NCBI RefSeq assembly: GCF_000315625.1
Contig: NW_005434584.1
Location: 62,001 to 126,000 of the forward strand
DNA from: Guillardia theta CCMP2712
Lineage: Eukaryota > Protista > Cryptophyta
DNA length: 64,000 nucleotides
Direction: 5' to 3'
Both the position numbers and the translations under genes were made by a program. The notes under the pieces were generated by a model that saw nothing but the letters and a program-made list of their open reading frames with translations, did not search any database and was not told where the DNA came from. Shown here piece by piece: positions 12,701 to 23,413 of this stretch (positions are counted from its first letter, which is position 1; the number at the start of each line of letters is the position of its first letter).

Positions 12701-15700
12701 ATCCATCACTGCAACGGCAACCACGCTGTCTGTTTTTGTGACCAGGGGCTTTACAGCGAATACATACATCCAGATTGACAACGAGATCATGTTGATTACT
12801 ACCTTGGGATCCAAATCGTTTACTGTTCTCCGTGCTCAGGCTTATACTCAAGCAGCTTCACATGCTAAAGGGGCAGAGTATAGAGCTGTGAATGTCGAGA
12901 CCATAACTCTCTTACCAACAGCTCTTAGCACCCAACTTTCAAGCACTGCAACCTCAATGACGGTGAGCTCTTCCGTTGGATTGAAGGTTGGCGAGTACAT
13001 GGAGTTGCATTCTGACGCATCAAGCATTCGGCTTGTGAACTGCCGTCAAGACGGATGCTGCCGTGTGGAAGTTAAGCACGAAGGATCGTGGGGCACGGTG
13101 TGCGACGACAGTTTCACAGACACTAACGCACAAGTAGTTTGCCGGCAATTGGGATGCCCGACGGAAGGAGCAATGCAGGTACAGAGCTTCGGAGGAGGAA
13201 GCGGACCAATCTGGATGGACGACGTGTCATGCAGCGGAAGCGAGGCAGCGCTGCCGCTTTGCACCTTTAGAGGCTGGGGCAGCCACAACTGCGGCCACAG
13301 CGAAGACGTCGGCGTGTGCTGCCAGGGAGGCTGCACAGCACGTGGAACTGAATTGGTGAATGTCACATCCATCTCCGGCAACACGATCGGTATCAAGAGA
13401 GGGTTGTTCGGAACATCTGCAACCGATTGGCCTGTCCACACCGTAGCATCAGTTGCAACCGATGCACTTCAGTTGTCTGCCTCACTCAACAGTGAAAACG
13501 CATCAATCCCCACAGATACAACAGCATTGGGTCTGCAAATCGATGACTATCTACTCGTGAACAACGAAATTTTGGGTGTATCCAACTTCACAAAAAGTTC
13601 AATTCAAGTGACACGAGGTCAACAAGGTTCTACGACACAAACTCATGACGCAGTTTACGTCCAGAAGGCTTATGGCCCTACAACAGTAAACTCTTCAATC
13701 CTGACATTGTCGGCAGACATCACAGACAATGCAACCTCCATTGAGACTGCAGGATACTCAGTTCTGACAGCAGGAACTTACATTCAGATAGAAGACGAAG
13801 TCCTCTATGTGAGGAATGCTCCCACGTCCAGTGTTGTGGCTGTTGAGTCCGCGAACATCACCAATCGCTCCTCGCATGCTGCAGATCAAGTGATCTACAT
13901 TGTCAGCAACCCCACTTACATCAGGTCAAGCATCGATCATGTAACCACAACAATTCCTGTTCAATCAATCACAGGCTTCTCCTCTGGACAGTACGTTAGG
14001 GTGGAATCCGAGCTCATGCTGGTCAACAGTGTAATTACTTCTTCTAACTCACTCAATGTGACAAGGGCTTTAATCCCAGAACCACACAATGCAGGAAAAG
14101 TCTTGTCTGTATATGATTCGATCTATGTGAACGATCAGCTTCAGATTGTGCCAGGAGACTTTGTGGTAGTTAACAACGAGATTGACTATGTGATTGCATC
14201 TTCTTCAAAGCTGCTGACCATTAAGCCAGGACAGTTCGGAAGTGTTCCCAAGATCCCTTCTTCAAGCGATGTTGTAACAGTTGCGTCTAGAACAGGGCTG
14301 AAGAATGCTATCCTGTTAGCTGCAATTATGTTCAATGCTACATCGATGATTGTCAACGATGCAACGGGGTTGTTCTTAAATGACGTTGTCGCGATTGGAC
14401 AGGAAAGAGTGCAGATCAAGTCTCTTTCAAACAACCTTGTGGGTGTCATTCGAGGAGTCCAGGGAACGTTTGCTGCTAATCATGCGGAAGGCACATCGGT
14501 GAACTTTATTGAGCAATCAACAACTGTCCTTGCTTCCACTTGGACTCAGACCTCTCGGCGCAGGCTGCTACAGTCTTTGTCAGCAGGCATCAGTGCGGCT
14601 GCTACGTCACTTACTGTATCAGGAACGCTGCCGGCCCAAGGAACGAACATTCTTGTTGAACACGAGAATATGTTAGTGCTGACTGTCGATAAAGCGGCTA
14701 AAACCATCACCGCATCCAGAGGAAAGCAGGGCACCACAGTAATCGCACACAACGCGAGTGCCGAGATTGTGCTATCGATTGGGGCACAGTTCTTCATCGA
14801 GACCATCATCACGGCGACAGGCGTGCTTCAGTCCATCTCAGGCAGCAACTCTGGTTTGTACGCACGTCCGATCATCACCAACCCCGACACAGCTGATGCT
14901 ACCCCGATGTTGTACCTCGATAGCATTGCAGTAATTAACAGCCCCACAAAACTTCAGAAGGCCCCTGTGCTCTCCCTCAACTACCTCGCGCCTGCCTTGA
15001 CTGCTTATACCGGGGTGAACCCGGACCTGATCGTTCCTTCCCTGTCATATCCTGTGATCTACAACCCGGCCAAGTACAGCACCGACCCGCTCTACTACCA
15101 GGACAGGATGGACGGATACGACTTGATGCGTCCAAACTCGCCTGTTCTTGAGAGCAGCTCCAACCGCATCAACGGAACAAGCCCGGTCTACGTCCTCGAC
15201 TCTTTTGGACAGATGCTGGGCGATCACGTGGTTGGCAGTGAGAGCATTGCCGTGACCCTGCAGGCTCTGACCTCAGCTATCTCCACAAACCCCGTGTTAT
15301 CCTCGACTGCTTCGTCGTCTTTGACAACCAAGGCATCGTACAAGGTGACTCAACAGTCTTCTAGCCTGGGCAGCGTGTGGGGCCCTCCTTCCAAGGTCTA
15401 CTCGCCTTTCTTGGGCTACTCCATCAAGTCAGTGGCGGCATCTGGGGTGCAGTCACCAGCCACGCTCAAAGTTGCCTTGACTTCAGCGACAGCAACGTCC
15501 TTGGAACTCTCAGCAGCTGTCGCTTACATCACGGTAAACAGCTTCATCAGAATCGACAACGAGGTCATGAAGGTCACAGCAGTCTCTGGGGTCATTCTCA
15601 CGGTGGTGCGTGGTCAGCGATACACCTACGCGACAACTCACAATCAAGACGCAGAGGTATACTCGGATTGTGTTGGACGTTTGTACGCCGAGCCAAGCCT

Positions 15701-16310
15701 CGAGGGAGGGGAGCCTGCCGTCCTGGACTTTGACGGAACCACCATCACCGTGGTCTCAGGAGGAAGCGGATATCTGTCGTCCGCTAAGATCCATGCATGC
15801 GGCAGTTCAACAAGGTGCAACTATACTATCGCGACTGAGAACACCTGCTCTTTGACCTTCACTTCCACTCTCGGCTCTGCCGTGAGCGAGATGTATCTCA
15901 ATGAGACTGTAGCTACTCGGGCGCTTGGAGGACAGCTCACTGGTCTGACATCCTCGAGCAGCAGGTTCGTCTTGCAGAAGACGCAGTCAAGAAAAGTTTC
16001 TTTGGTATTGCCAACCTCTACGCCGGGAGGACCTGTCACAACAACTACCACCACACCATCATCAAGCTCTACGAATGTCGGTGCCATCATCGGAGGAGTG
16101 GTGGGAGGAGTGGTCGGAGCTGCCTTCCTTGCATTCATGGCATACAAGTTTCTGGCCCCGGCTGCTGTAGCTAAGCCTCCACTTGAGGAGATGGTTCCTG
16201 TATACCTCCCACAGACCTATCCCGTTCTCCCTGTCGACTACGCCTCTGCTGCTCCCATGCCCGTCCAGACGCCTCTCTACGGTCAGCAGCCGATGGCGTA
16301 TGGAATGTAG
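3715..16310 (+). CDS. Giant (~4180 aa) type-I membrane surface protein, copy 1: signal peptide, repeated beta-rich modules, GSGY repeats, ID.E/RG..GT..H repeats, SRCR domain, TM helix, Pro/Tyr-rich tail
   Basis: 12.5-kb uninterrupted ORF 3771-16310. Probable 9-nt first exon ATGTCGCAG (3715-3723) and intron 3724-3782 (gtgagg...ctgac...tgcag). N-terminus MSVWLFLACCCSVAVHA is signal-like; TM GAIIGGVVGGVVGAAFLAFMAY at about 16080-16146. Confidence 0.9.
13026..13323 (+). other. Scavenger receptor cysteine-rich (SRCR) domain within giant gene 1
   Basis: IRLV...RVEVKHEGSWGTVCDDSF...AQVVCRQLGC...FGGGSGPIWMDDVSCSGSEAALPLC...WGSHNCGHSEDVGVCC matches the canonical SRCR consensus. Confidence 0.97.
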
Positions 16311-17193
16311 GTTGAATAGATAGTTCTTTCATGATCTGACCGAGCTCAGTCGTTGCGCTCTGTTCATCTCTTTTCCTGTTTTTTCTTCGTGAGTAAAAAT
16401 CAAAGATAATTTCGACCTGCTGTACATAAGAAGCGAATCGAAAGCAGTAGGCTAAACACAAGCAAACATCTGTATCACGGTGAAAATAGGCATCACAAAT
16501 GCAGAATACCACTTGCACTGTCACTTCAACATCAAAGAGAGAGAGGAATCTGTGTCATATTGATGGTTGAATGTTAGTTGGAAGTCAGCTGAAGGCAGAA
16601 GGTCACTAAGCCAGTGACAGTGCTTGAGGGTTGATCATGAAGAAGAGCAGAAACGTATGTCAGGTGAAATCTCCAGTTCAATCTAGTGATGAAGCTCAGA
16701 CGATTCGGTTTGACTGCCCAGAAATTGATGAAATCCATCAAACTGTTTCACTACTCCCACAGAAACGAGAAGATTGGACAACGCACTAATTGAAAGTGTC
16801 GTGGAGCCAACCATGATGGATGTCCTTGACCTGACGAGACTGAATATTTCCTCACTCCCGCTGCAACACGGAGATGCCCTGCCGCAGTGCAATACATCCT
16901 CTTCAGCCCATACAGCGCTTGAAGCCCTTACCTGCTCCAGTTTATGCGGCGCAGATGTGGCTCAAACCTTAAACTCCCTGTTAACTCTTGCTGGTGCAAC
17001 TCATTTGGACTTATATAGGATGCGAGAACAAGTCGTAAGATATCGACTGAATATTTTAACAAGCATATCACTGACATATCTCAGCGTTTGTGAGATCACT
17101 GATATCTCTCAGCGGGTGAATGAGGAGAAGGAGATAGCAAAGAGCTACCCCTGACCTGTATCTCCTGTTTGAGAAAGCCATCCATATTGACGG

Positions 17194-17370
17194 CACATGC
17201 TGGTGGAGTTCTATGCTCAATAGTACGGGCACTGCCAGAAGTTTGAGCCCATCTACAACAAGATTGCCTCCCTCCTGCGCTTAGAGAAAGTCAACGTGAT
17301 GCTGGCCAAGATGGATGCGATCGACGAACCGAGACTTTCACAGTCAATGCAAGTTTCATCTCCTCTACAT
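17194..17370 (+). pseudogene. Protein disulfide isomerase (thioredoxin a-domain) pseudogene fragment
   Basis: HMLVEFYAQ*YGHCQKFEPIYNKIASLL...VMLAKMDAIDEPRL; the WCGHC site reads *YGHC (stop at 17221-17223). Confidence 0.85.
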
Positions 17371-17429
17371 CAACTCACGAACGGACAATGTCACTCAGTA
17401 GGGAACTGGAATGCTTATAAGATCTCACC

Positions 17430-17695
17430 ATACATTTATGTGGCAAACAAGAAATGCTGCTCTCGTCACGTTTGCTACCGCACAACCAACAACTACCCCG
17501 ACGTTACTCGCGCTCGCTGCCTGCAATGGAGTTGCAGATGTCACGGTTGTCGTTCCAGATACTGTTTTTCGGCTCTGGTTGGTGTTGGTGTTGGTGTCAC
17601 ATCAACCCCAAAGATAAAAGAGCTGGCGGTAAGAGATGTAGTTGTCAGTGTGTCAGCCTGGAGGTAGGTGGAGCTGTTTGAGGAATTCCTGACCG
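17430..17695 (-). pseudogene. Orphan degenerate copy of the stalk/TM region of giant gene 2
   Basis: ctaccgcacaaccaacaactaccccgacgttactcgcgctcgctgc (~17476-17520) nearly matches 25291-25335; translates to NSSNSST...SSFI...PLQAASASNVGVVVGCAV with a frameshift. Confidence 0.85.
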
Positions 17696-18587
17696 CGGGG
17701 TGAATAAATCTCGGTCTGAATGTGAATCTCTGATGATGTAGCAACTCCGTGCAATGAACGAAGCATATCATCTGGAAAACTATTTCCTCCCTATTCCCTT
17801 TCACTACTGCATCTACCAGAAACCTGTCTTCACATTCCAGTTTGATTTGGTTTGCCCATGGTTCCAATGATTTCTCCTCCCCCCCTCTAAGCTTTTGAGT
17901 TTAGTCTTAGCACACAACACTTTATAAAATCTTATCACACATCCAACATATTATTCTACATCAAGATCTCGAATACGTGTGTGAGCATCGCCTCGATCAC
18001 ATGAATGCATTTCTGCACTCATCATCTATCATTTCCTTTTCCATTTACGAATGTTGGTCGATTTCTTTCTCATCTTCTCACTTCATGTATTCTGAATGCA
18101 CATTCTTATCCTTTCCTTCCAAGAACCCTTCCCACGTTGCGACGTTTTACCTAGAATTTCAAGGATCTGAATAGCCGTGTACCCGAAGGCAACTAAACTG
18201 GGGTGTAAGGACGCTACTACTCCCTTTCAGATCAGATCAGACTGATTGAAAGAGTCCCATCTGCCGACAACGGAGGATGAGATCGCCTTGCAAAGGTACC
18301 AGACAGGATTCCATGCACAGCCTCTGAGGGCCGAACATTGAGCGCTGCTTCCATGAACAAGCGCTAGCTGGCAGCATGACACCAGCGGAGGTCATCGACA
18401 ATTGACTGATAAATGCTGGTACCACAATTTAGCGAAGAAATAGGTCATTTGGAACGGGATACAGAAATATGTCTGTAACTTTTCAATATCACAGATGACA
18501 TTTCAAAGATCAAACACAAAACGCATGACAAACATGACCAAGTGAAAAAAAACTCGAGCCTGGCGGAGAGAGAGGTGGGGTGGGAGA

Positions 18588-19802
18588 ATGGCGAACCGGA
18601 TTATGCATGCAGCGATTGGGTCAGCATCACGTCAGAGAATGGGCAGCAGACGATGGAAGAGCTTGTCAATACAAGCGATGTTTGTCTTCTCACTTATGTG
18701 TACCTTTTTGGTACCATTTCTGTTGACAACACGCGAAGTAGTTCCGATTAAGATTGAGACTACACCAGTCCCGTGTGATGGTTTGCAGCCAAAGGATTTG
18801 ACTTGGGTTGGCCCTTTGCACTCTAGTTTCTATGCAGGAGGAAGAATCATCGAAAGAGAAGACTCCCTGGAGTTGGCGAAGAAGCGCTGCCAAGAAAACA
18901 TCACTAGCGGGTGTGTTGGGCTGACAGGGAATTTTATAAGTCGTTCCAAGTCCGAAGTATCGTGGACGTGGGAGCTCAGGGGTCCAGACCTAGACAAGGA
19001 AGAGAAAGTTATGTGGGTTGCACCGTCGAGCACATGCGAAAAGACCTTCGTGTACAATCGTGAATTGATAAATCAGACCGATTGTTGTCCTGTTGTAAAG
19101 CATTTGCCAAAGATATTTTACATCAATCTCAGGCATCGATTAGATCGAAGAAAGCATTTACTGGAAAGCCTTTCATCGAAAGGTGTCAACATCAGCAGGA
19201 ATGTAATACGGCACTTGGGAGTCAACAGAGCTGAATTTCATAATATAACGGAGATTGTGTCAAAGCTGGAAAAAGTCCATGTAGACGCAGACATTTTGAA
19301 TCAATCAATGTCGAATGAACACCTTAATTTCACTAGCGAGCGATTCAAGGGAAAATTTGCAAGTTGGGAATCACACAGACTTGTCTGGGAAAGAATTTCG
19401 CAGATGCAAGGGGCAGACGATTGGTACATTGTGCTTGAAGACGATGTGATCATGATCGACGAACAGGACGTTTTGAAACAAAAGTTGAGTATCACATTAT
19501 GTTTATATCCCTCAGTGGAAGTCATTTACTTGACAGGCCGACAGGTTCCAAACTTTCTTCCGGGCAATGTGGTGCAATACCTTGGGGTAGACGCGTATGC
19601 ACTTTCAGGACTTGCAGCACAGAAACTTTTACGTCACACTTCATTGGCAAGTCACGAGGTTACGACGCCAGCGCTAGATGCACATCTATCATTACTGGTG
19701 AGCAAGAAAGTCGTTGATGCAAGAATGATTTTGGGAGGCCCCCGGAACTCATTTGCCAATGCGTGGAGCAAGTTCAGTTCAGATATCGAAGTTGGTAGGT
19801 AG
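18588..19802 (+). CDS. Glycosyltransferase family 25-like, type-II membrane, intronless
   Basis: N-terminal TM (MFVFSLMCTFLVPFLL); KIFYINLRHRLDRR, SH..VW..I, IVLEDDV and DAYALS motifs. Confidence 0.85.
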   Translation: MANRIMHAAIGSASRQRMGSRRWKSLSIQAMFVFSLMCTFLVPFLLTTREVVPIKIETTPVPCDGLQPKDLTWVGPLHSSFYAGGRIIEREDSLELAKKRCQENITSGCVGLTGNFISRSKSEVSWTWELRGPDLDKEEKVMWVAPSSTCEKTFVYNRELINQTDCCPVVKHLPKIFYINLRHRLDRRKHLLESLSSKGVNISRNVIRHLGVNRAEFHNITEIVSKLEKVHVDADILNQSMSNEHLNFTSERFKGKFASWESHRLVWERISQMQGADDWYIVLEDDVIMIDEQDVLKQKLSITLCLYPSVEVIYLTGRQVPNFLPGNVVQYLGVDAYALSGLAAQKLLRHTSLASHEVTTPALDAHLSLLVSKKVVDARMILGGPRNSFANAWSKFSSDIEVGR

Positions 19803-20918
19803 CATGAAGTAAAAAAAAGTCACTTCACAAAATCGACAGGAATGTACAATTTCAATCAATAAAAAAACTTAACTTGATTACATCGTCCTATTATCAAACC
19901 TGGCATCTAACTCTCCCTAGTTATTCGATCATATTCCCTCATTGGATGCACTCTGTTCAGGAATGAACGAAAATATATGTTCAGTGTCTGTGTGCCTTCT
20001 ACCACACGGGTTGGTGGACATTCTTTTTATTGACCTTTTTTTTCATGAATAGACTAAATTCTCTAACTAATGATTTATATATACAAAGAAGCAAATCACC
20101 TCAGATTGATTCCATAGGAAGTATGAAAGACAGCGAAATTCTTCTAGGTTTTCGCAGTAGAACTGACCTTCATCAGGCTAGATTGCACCCTCATGCTTTT
20201 CCTGATCGATGCACCGCAGCCGCTCGCGTGCCGCTCAGTAGGTAGCGTAGGACGCACTGCATCATCCGTTGTGCTTGCTTGTCTCTTAAATACGATGTTT
20301 CTTCATGAACGTGGTCAGAAAATGTGAAATAAGAAGCAGAGCCGCTCCAGTCACATTTGAGAATTTCATCAAGAACAAGAAGTTTCTACATGTTCGCACC
20401 GTAGATGATGTTGAAGCTATGCCAGGCTTGCAAACCTCTTGACTCCAAAACTGGAAGAAACATGTTAAAACTGGAAGAAACATGTTGCATTGGAGCCTCA
20501 GTTGTGGCATGTGCTCGTGGCGGCTTCGCAAGCCGCTTCCCAGTATGCTGCGTCCTCGGACTCAGGACGAGTGAGATCAAAACCATCGACGGTCGCATTG
20601 AAAGACCGCCACATTCCTCTCCTTCCTCTACACTGTGACTGTATGCAAGCCAATCAGGTAAGATAGATTTAACACTGTACGGTCTTTACACCTTTATCGA
20701 GCTGATGTCAGTGTCGGGCCATGTGGAGACCCGACCTAGGTTCATCTGTCGGAGTGAATTAAGAGGCTGTCTCAATCAAACTCCCGGAGAACCATCACAT
20801 CGAGTCTTTCGCGTGTCCGCTCTATCGATGAGACAAGCAATGGATGCAAGAGCTGCGAGGAAAGCTGCAGACAAGAAGACTTCGATCCAAGACCAGACCG
20901 TTACTGGGGTACGGTAGC

Positions 20919-22418
20919 TTACGCCTCGATCACTCTATGAAGATCTTCAAACCCGCGAGCGACGTCGAAGACCTCGGCGTAGACATCGTCGATCTCAACG
21001 TAGAGCGACTTGTTGCTGAGCTTCTGTTGCGTCTTGTCGTCATGCCATAGGTAGTACCATGAGAACTCGAACCATCTGCCTGTGTAGTAAGAGATCATGT
21101 GTGTTCTCAGTAGCTCCCGCAAGCCATCCCGGTAGAAAGATCTCGGTTGTCGTCGAATGTGCTGAGGCTGAGCGACAAACATGGCACAACAAGACCAGAA
21201 CAGCTCAGGACCAGAGCCGTACTTGCCGGACATCGGGCCCCCATGCTCATGCTGCAGCTCTTGGAACCGATCAATCGCCTGCCAGAGAAGCTTTGGAGAT
21301 TCCTCCCAATGCGAAAGCGTGCGAGATGCTCGCGAACGAAATCCCAACGAAGGTCGAAGAGAGCCGGCGACTCTTTTCAAGCTTGCAGTCATGTGCTGTC
21401 CTGACAAGTCATGGAGGGTCTAGTCTCCCGCTCATACGAGTTCAAGGTGTACTGCTGCCAGCAGAGAGGCTCTCTCCAGATCGTGTCATAGCAGCTGTTG
21501 AGAGACACCACGGTAGCTGAGAACTCCATCAGAACCGCATGAGACGGCAGAGCTGCAAGCTCAGGATAAACCAGCTGATGCGTGTTAGGGTCCACAAGCT
21601 GCGACGCCAACCCCAGGTAGTAAGCCCTGGACCGCTTGTACACTGGTCGCCTCTGACTGTGCCAACTCTCGATGCCATGGTCATGCATGAACACCATCAA
21701 CATGGGCAGGTTGTCATAGAACTCTTCGATGTGCGAGAGGTACACGGCTGCCTCGTTTCCTCTGTTGGGCACCAACGCTCTCTCTACCACAGTGATGCCA
21801 CACGGCAAGCCAGCAGTGGGCTCCGAGCTTAGCAAGCCTTTCAGGTTGATCCCTACGTCCATCCTCCGGTAGAGGTAGACGATGCTGTTGGTCAAGCCCA
21901 TGAACGCAATGTCCTCCACCACCTTCATAGTCCAGCTCGCATCCCTCATCGCCACCACCACGTGCACTGACCCTTCAGGAAGCGGATACCGCAGACATCT
22001 GTCTGGTCCAGCCGACCTGGTGACAGTCGAAGAGCACAAGCTCTCTCCGTCGCTGGCTGATATGCCTGCCGAAGCCAGGGGGTCCATGCAGGTCTGAAAC
22101 TTTGAGCGAGCATGCTCTCTTCCTCGGCACGTGACTAGGGTCTGGTTGGTGAAGCACAAGTTGGGCCCTCCCCTAGTCGACCCGTTGAACTCGCTCTTAA
22201 CGGCTTCCGGTAGCAGATGAATCGCCACCTATGCTGCAAGCGCTTGGGTTGGACGTCTTAGGGTCGAAGTCAGGATCGAAGAGAGTCTTCCTTCCTCCTA
22301 TTGACTTTGCGAAAGCCAAAACAGCCATTATCGCGTGCTCCTGGCTGTGAAAGACCCACATGACAGCAACATTGGAGAGGAGGAGGAGGAGGAGGAGCAC
22401 GAGCCTAGCGCAAGACAT
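20919..22418 (-). pseudogene. DUF3431-family protein, copy A, split by two apparent frameshifts (~22230 and ~21400)
   Basis: TM LVLLLLLLLSNVAVMWVF; VPNRGNEAAVYLSHIEEFYDNLP..MVFMHDH..SWH; SCCAMFVA...HIRRQPRSFY; GRWFEFSW, spread over three overlapping ORFs. Confidence 0.75.
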
Positions 22419-22861
22419 CGAGTCAGCATAGCGTCACTATCAGCAACCCTCGCTTCCTCCCTCACCTTGTCCTGTACGGCTTCCTACAGGCGGCAAGGGC
22501 TCTTGCGCTACCCATGCACAAGTCCAGGGGAGTCAAGCTGCTGGTCAAGATGTTGCGGGGAAATGGCGGGAGCGCGCGTGGCAGAAGACTAATTGTGGTC
22601 TATATCCATGTTTCTGTCCCTCGATCTTTCACTATTGTTTACTCTCCGGCGGGCCTGGCTTGCTTTTTCTTCATTTTGTATCTTTTACTCCGGCAATGAT
22701 ATGCGCTCGTGGCGGCTTCACATGCTGGATGGCGGGGACGGGCTTGCTGGTACTGCTTCAGGCGTCTCTAGTGACTCACCTCTCCTACCGCAAGCCTGCC
22801 AGCCTACCAGGGATCTGAAAGTCACAAGGTGAAGCCCGTCGGATCGACGAGGCAGTGCATG

Positions 22862-23354
22862 ACGACTACGAGCGAGAGACGAACAGATCTCTTCATAACA
22901 TGACCGGTCAAGACTCGCTCGACAGGATCTATCAAGCTGTGATCTCACTACCGGAGCGATGGAAGTCTCGGAGGGGTCGGCGGCTTGTATGGGAAGAGCC
23001 TCATCAGGTATTCCAGCAGTCCGAGAGGCTCTTCGGATCCTTACACGCAAGACTCGGGCGAGCAAAGAGCGGGAGGTCGATCCCGTTTGCGTCATGCTGT
23101 GCGATGTTCATAGCGCAGAGGAAGCACATAAGAAGACAGCCGAAGCAGTTGTACAAGGAGAGCTTGTCCGCGCTTCTGTCGACTCACCTCCTCTCTCACC
23201 ACACCGGTCGATGGTTCGAGTTCAACTGGGACAACCTGCTCTTCGATCCGTCAGGGTCGCTGGATGCCTCGAGAAGACGTCTGTACGTGGACATCGATGA
23301 CGTTTACGCGCAAGTCTTCAACGAGACCAACGCGGTCGCTGATCTACAGGAGCT
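22862..23354 (+). pseudogene. DUF3431 C-terminal fragment, copy B; near-identical inverted duplicate of 48260-48752
   Basis: About 493 bp matches the reverse complement of 48260-48752 with only a handful of substitutions; the N-terminal half is missing. Confidence 0.9.
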
Positions 23355-23413
23355 TATTGTCCTATTCGGATCAGGAGGTTTGATGAGAGTTTGGTTTCAT
23401 GTGATATTACAAG

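Noticed and set aside
16774-17154. 126-aa ORF
   Set aside because: Non-ATG start, no recognisable motif, and it lies among gene fragments
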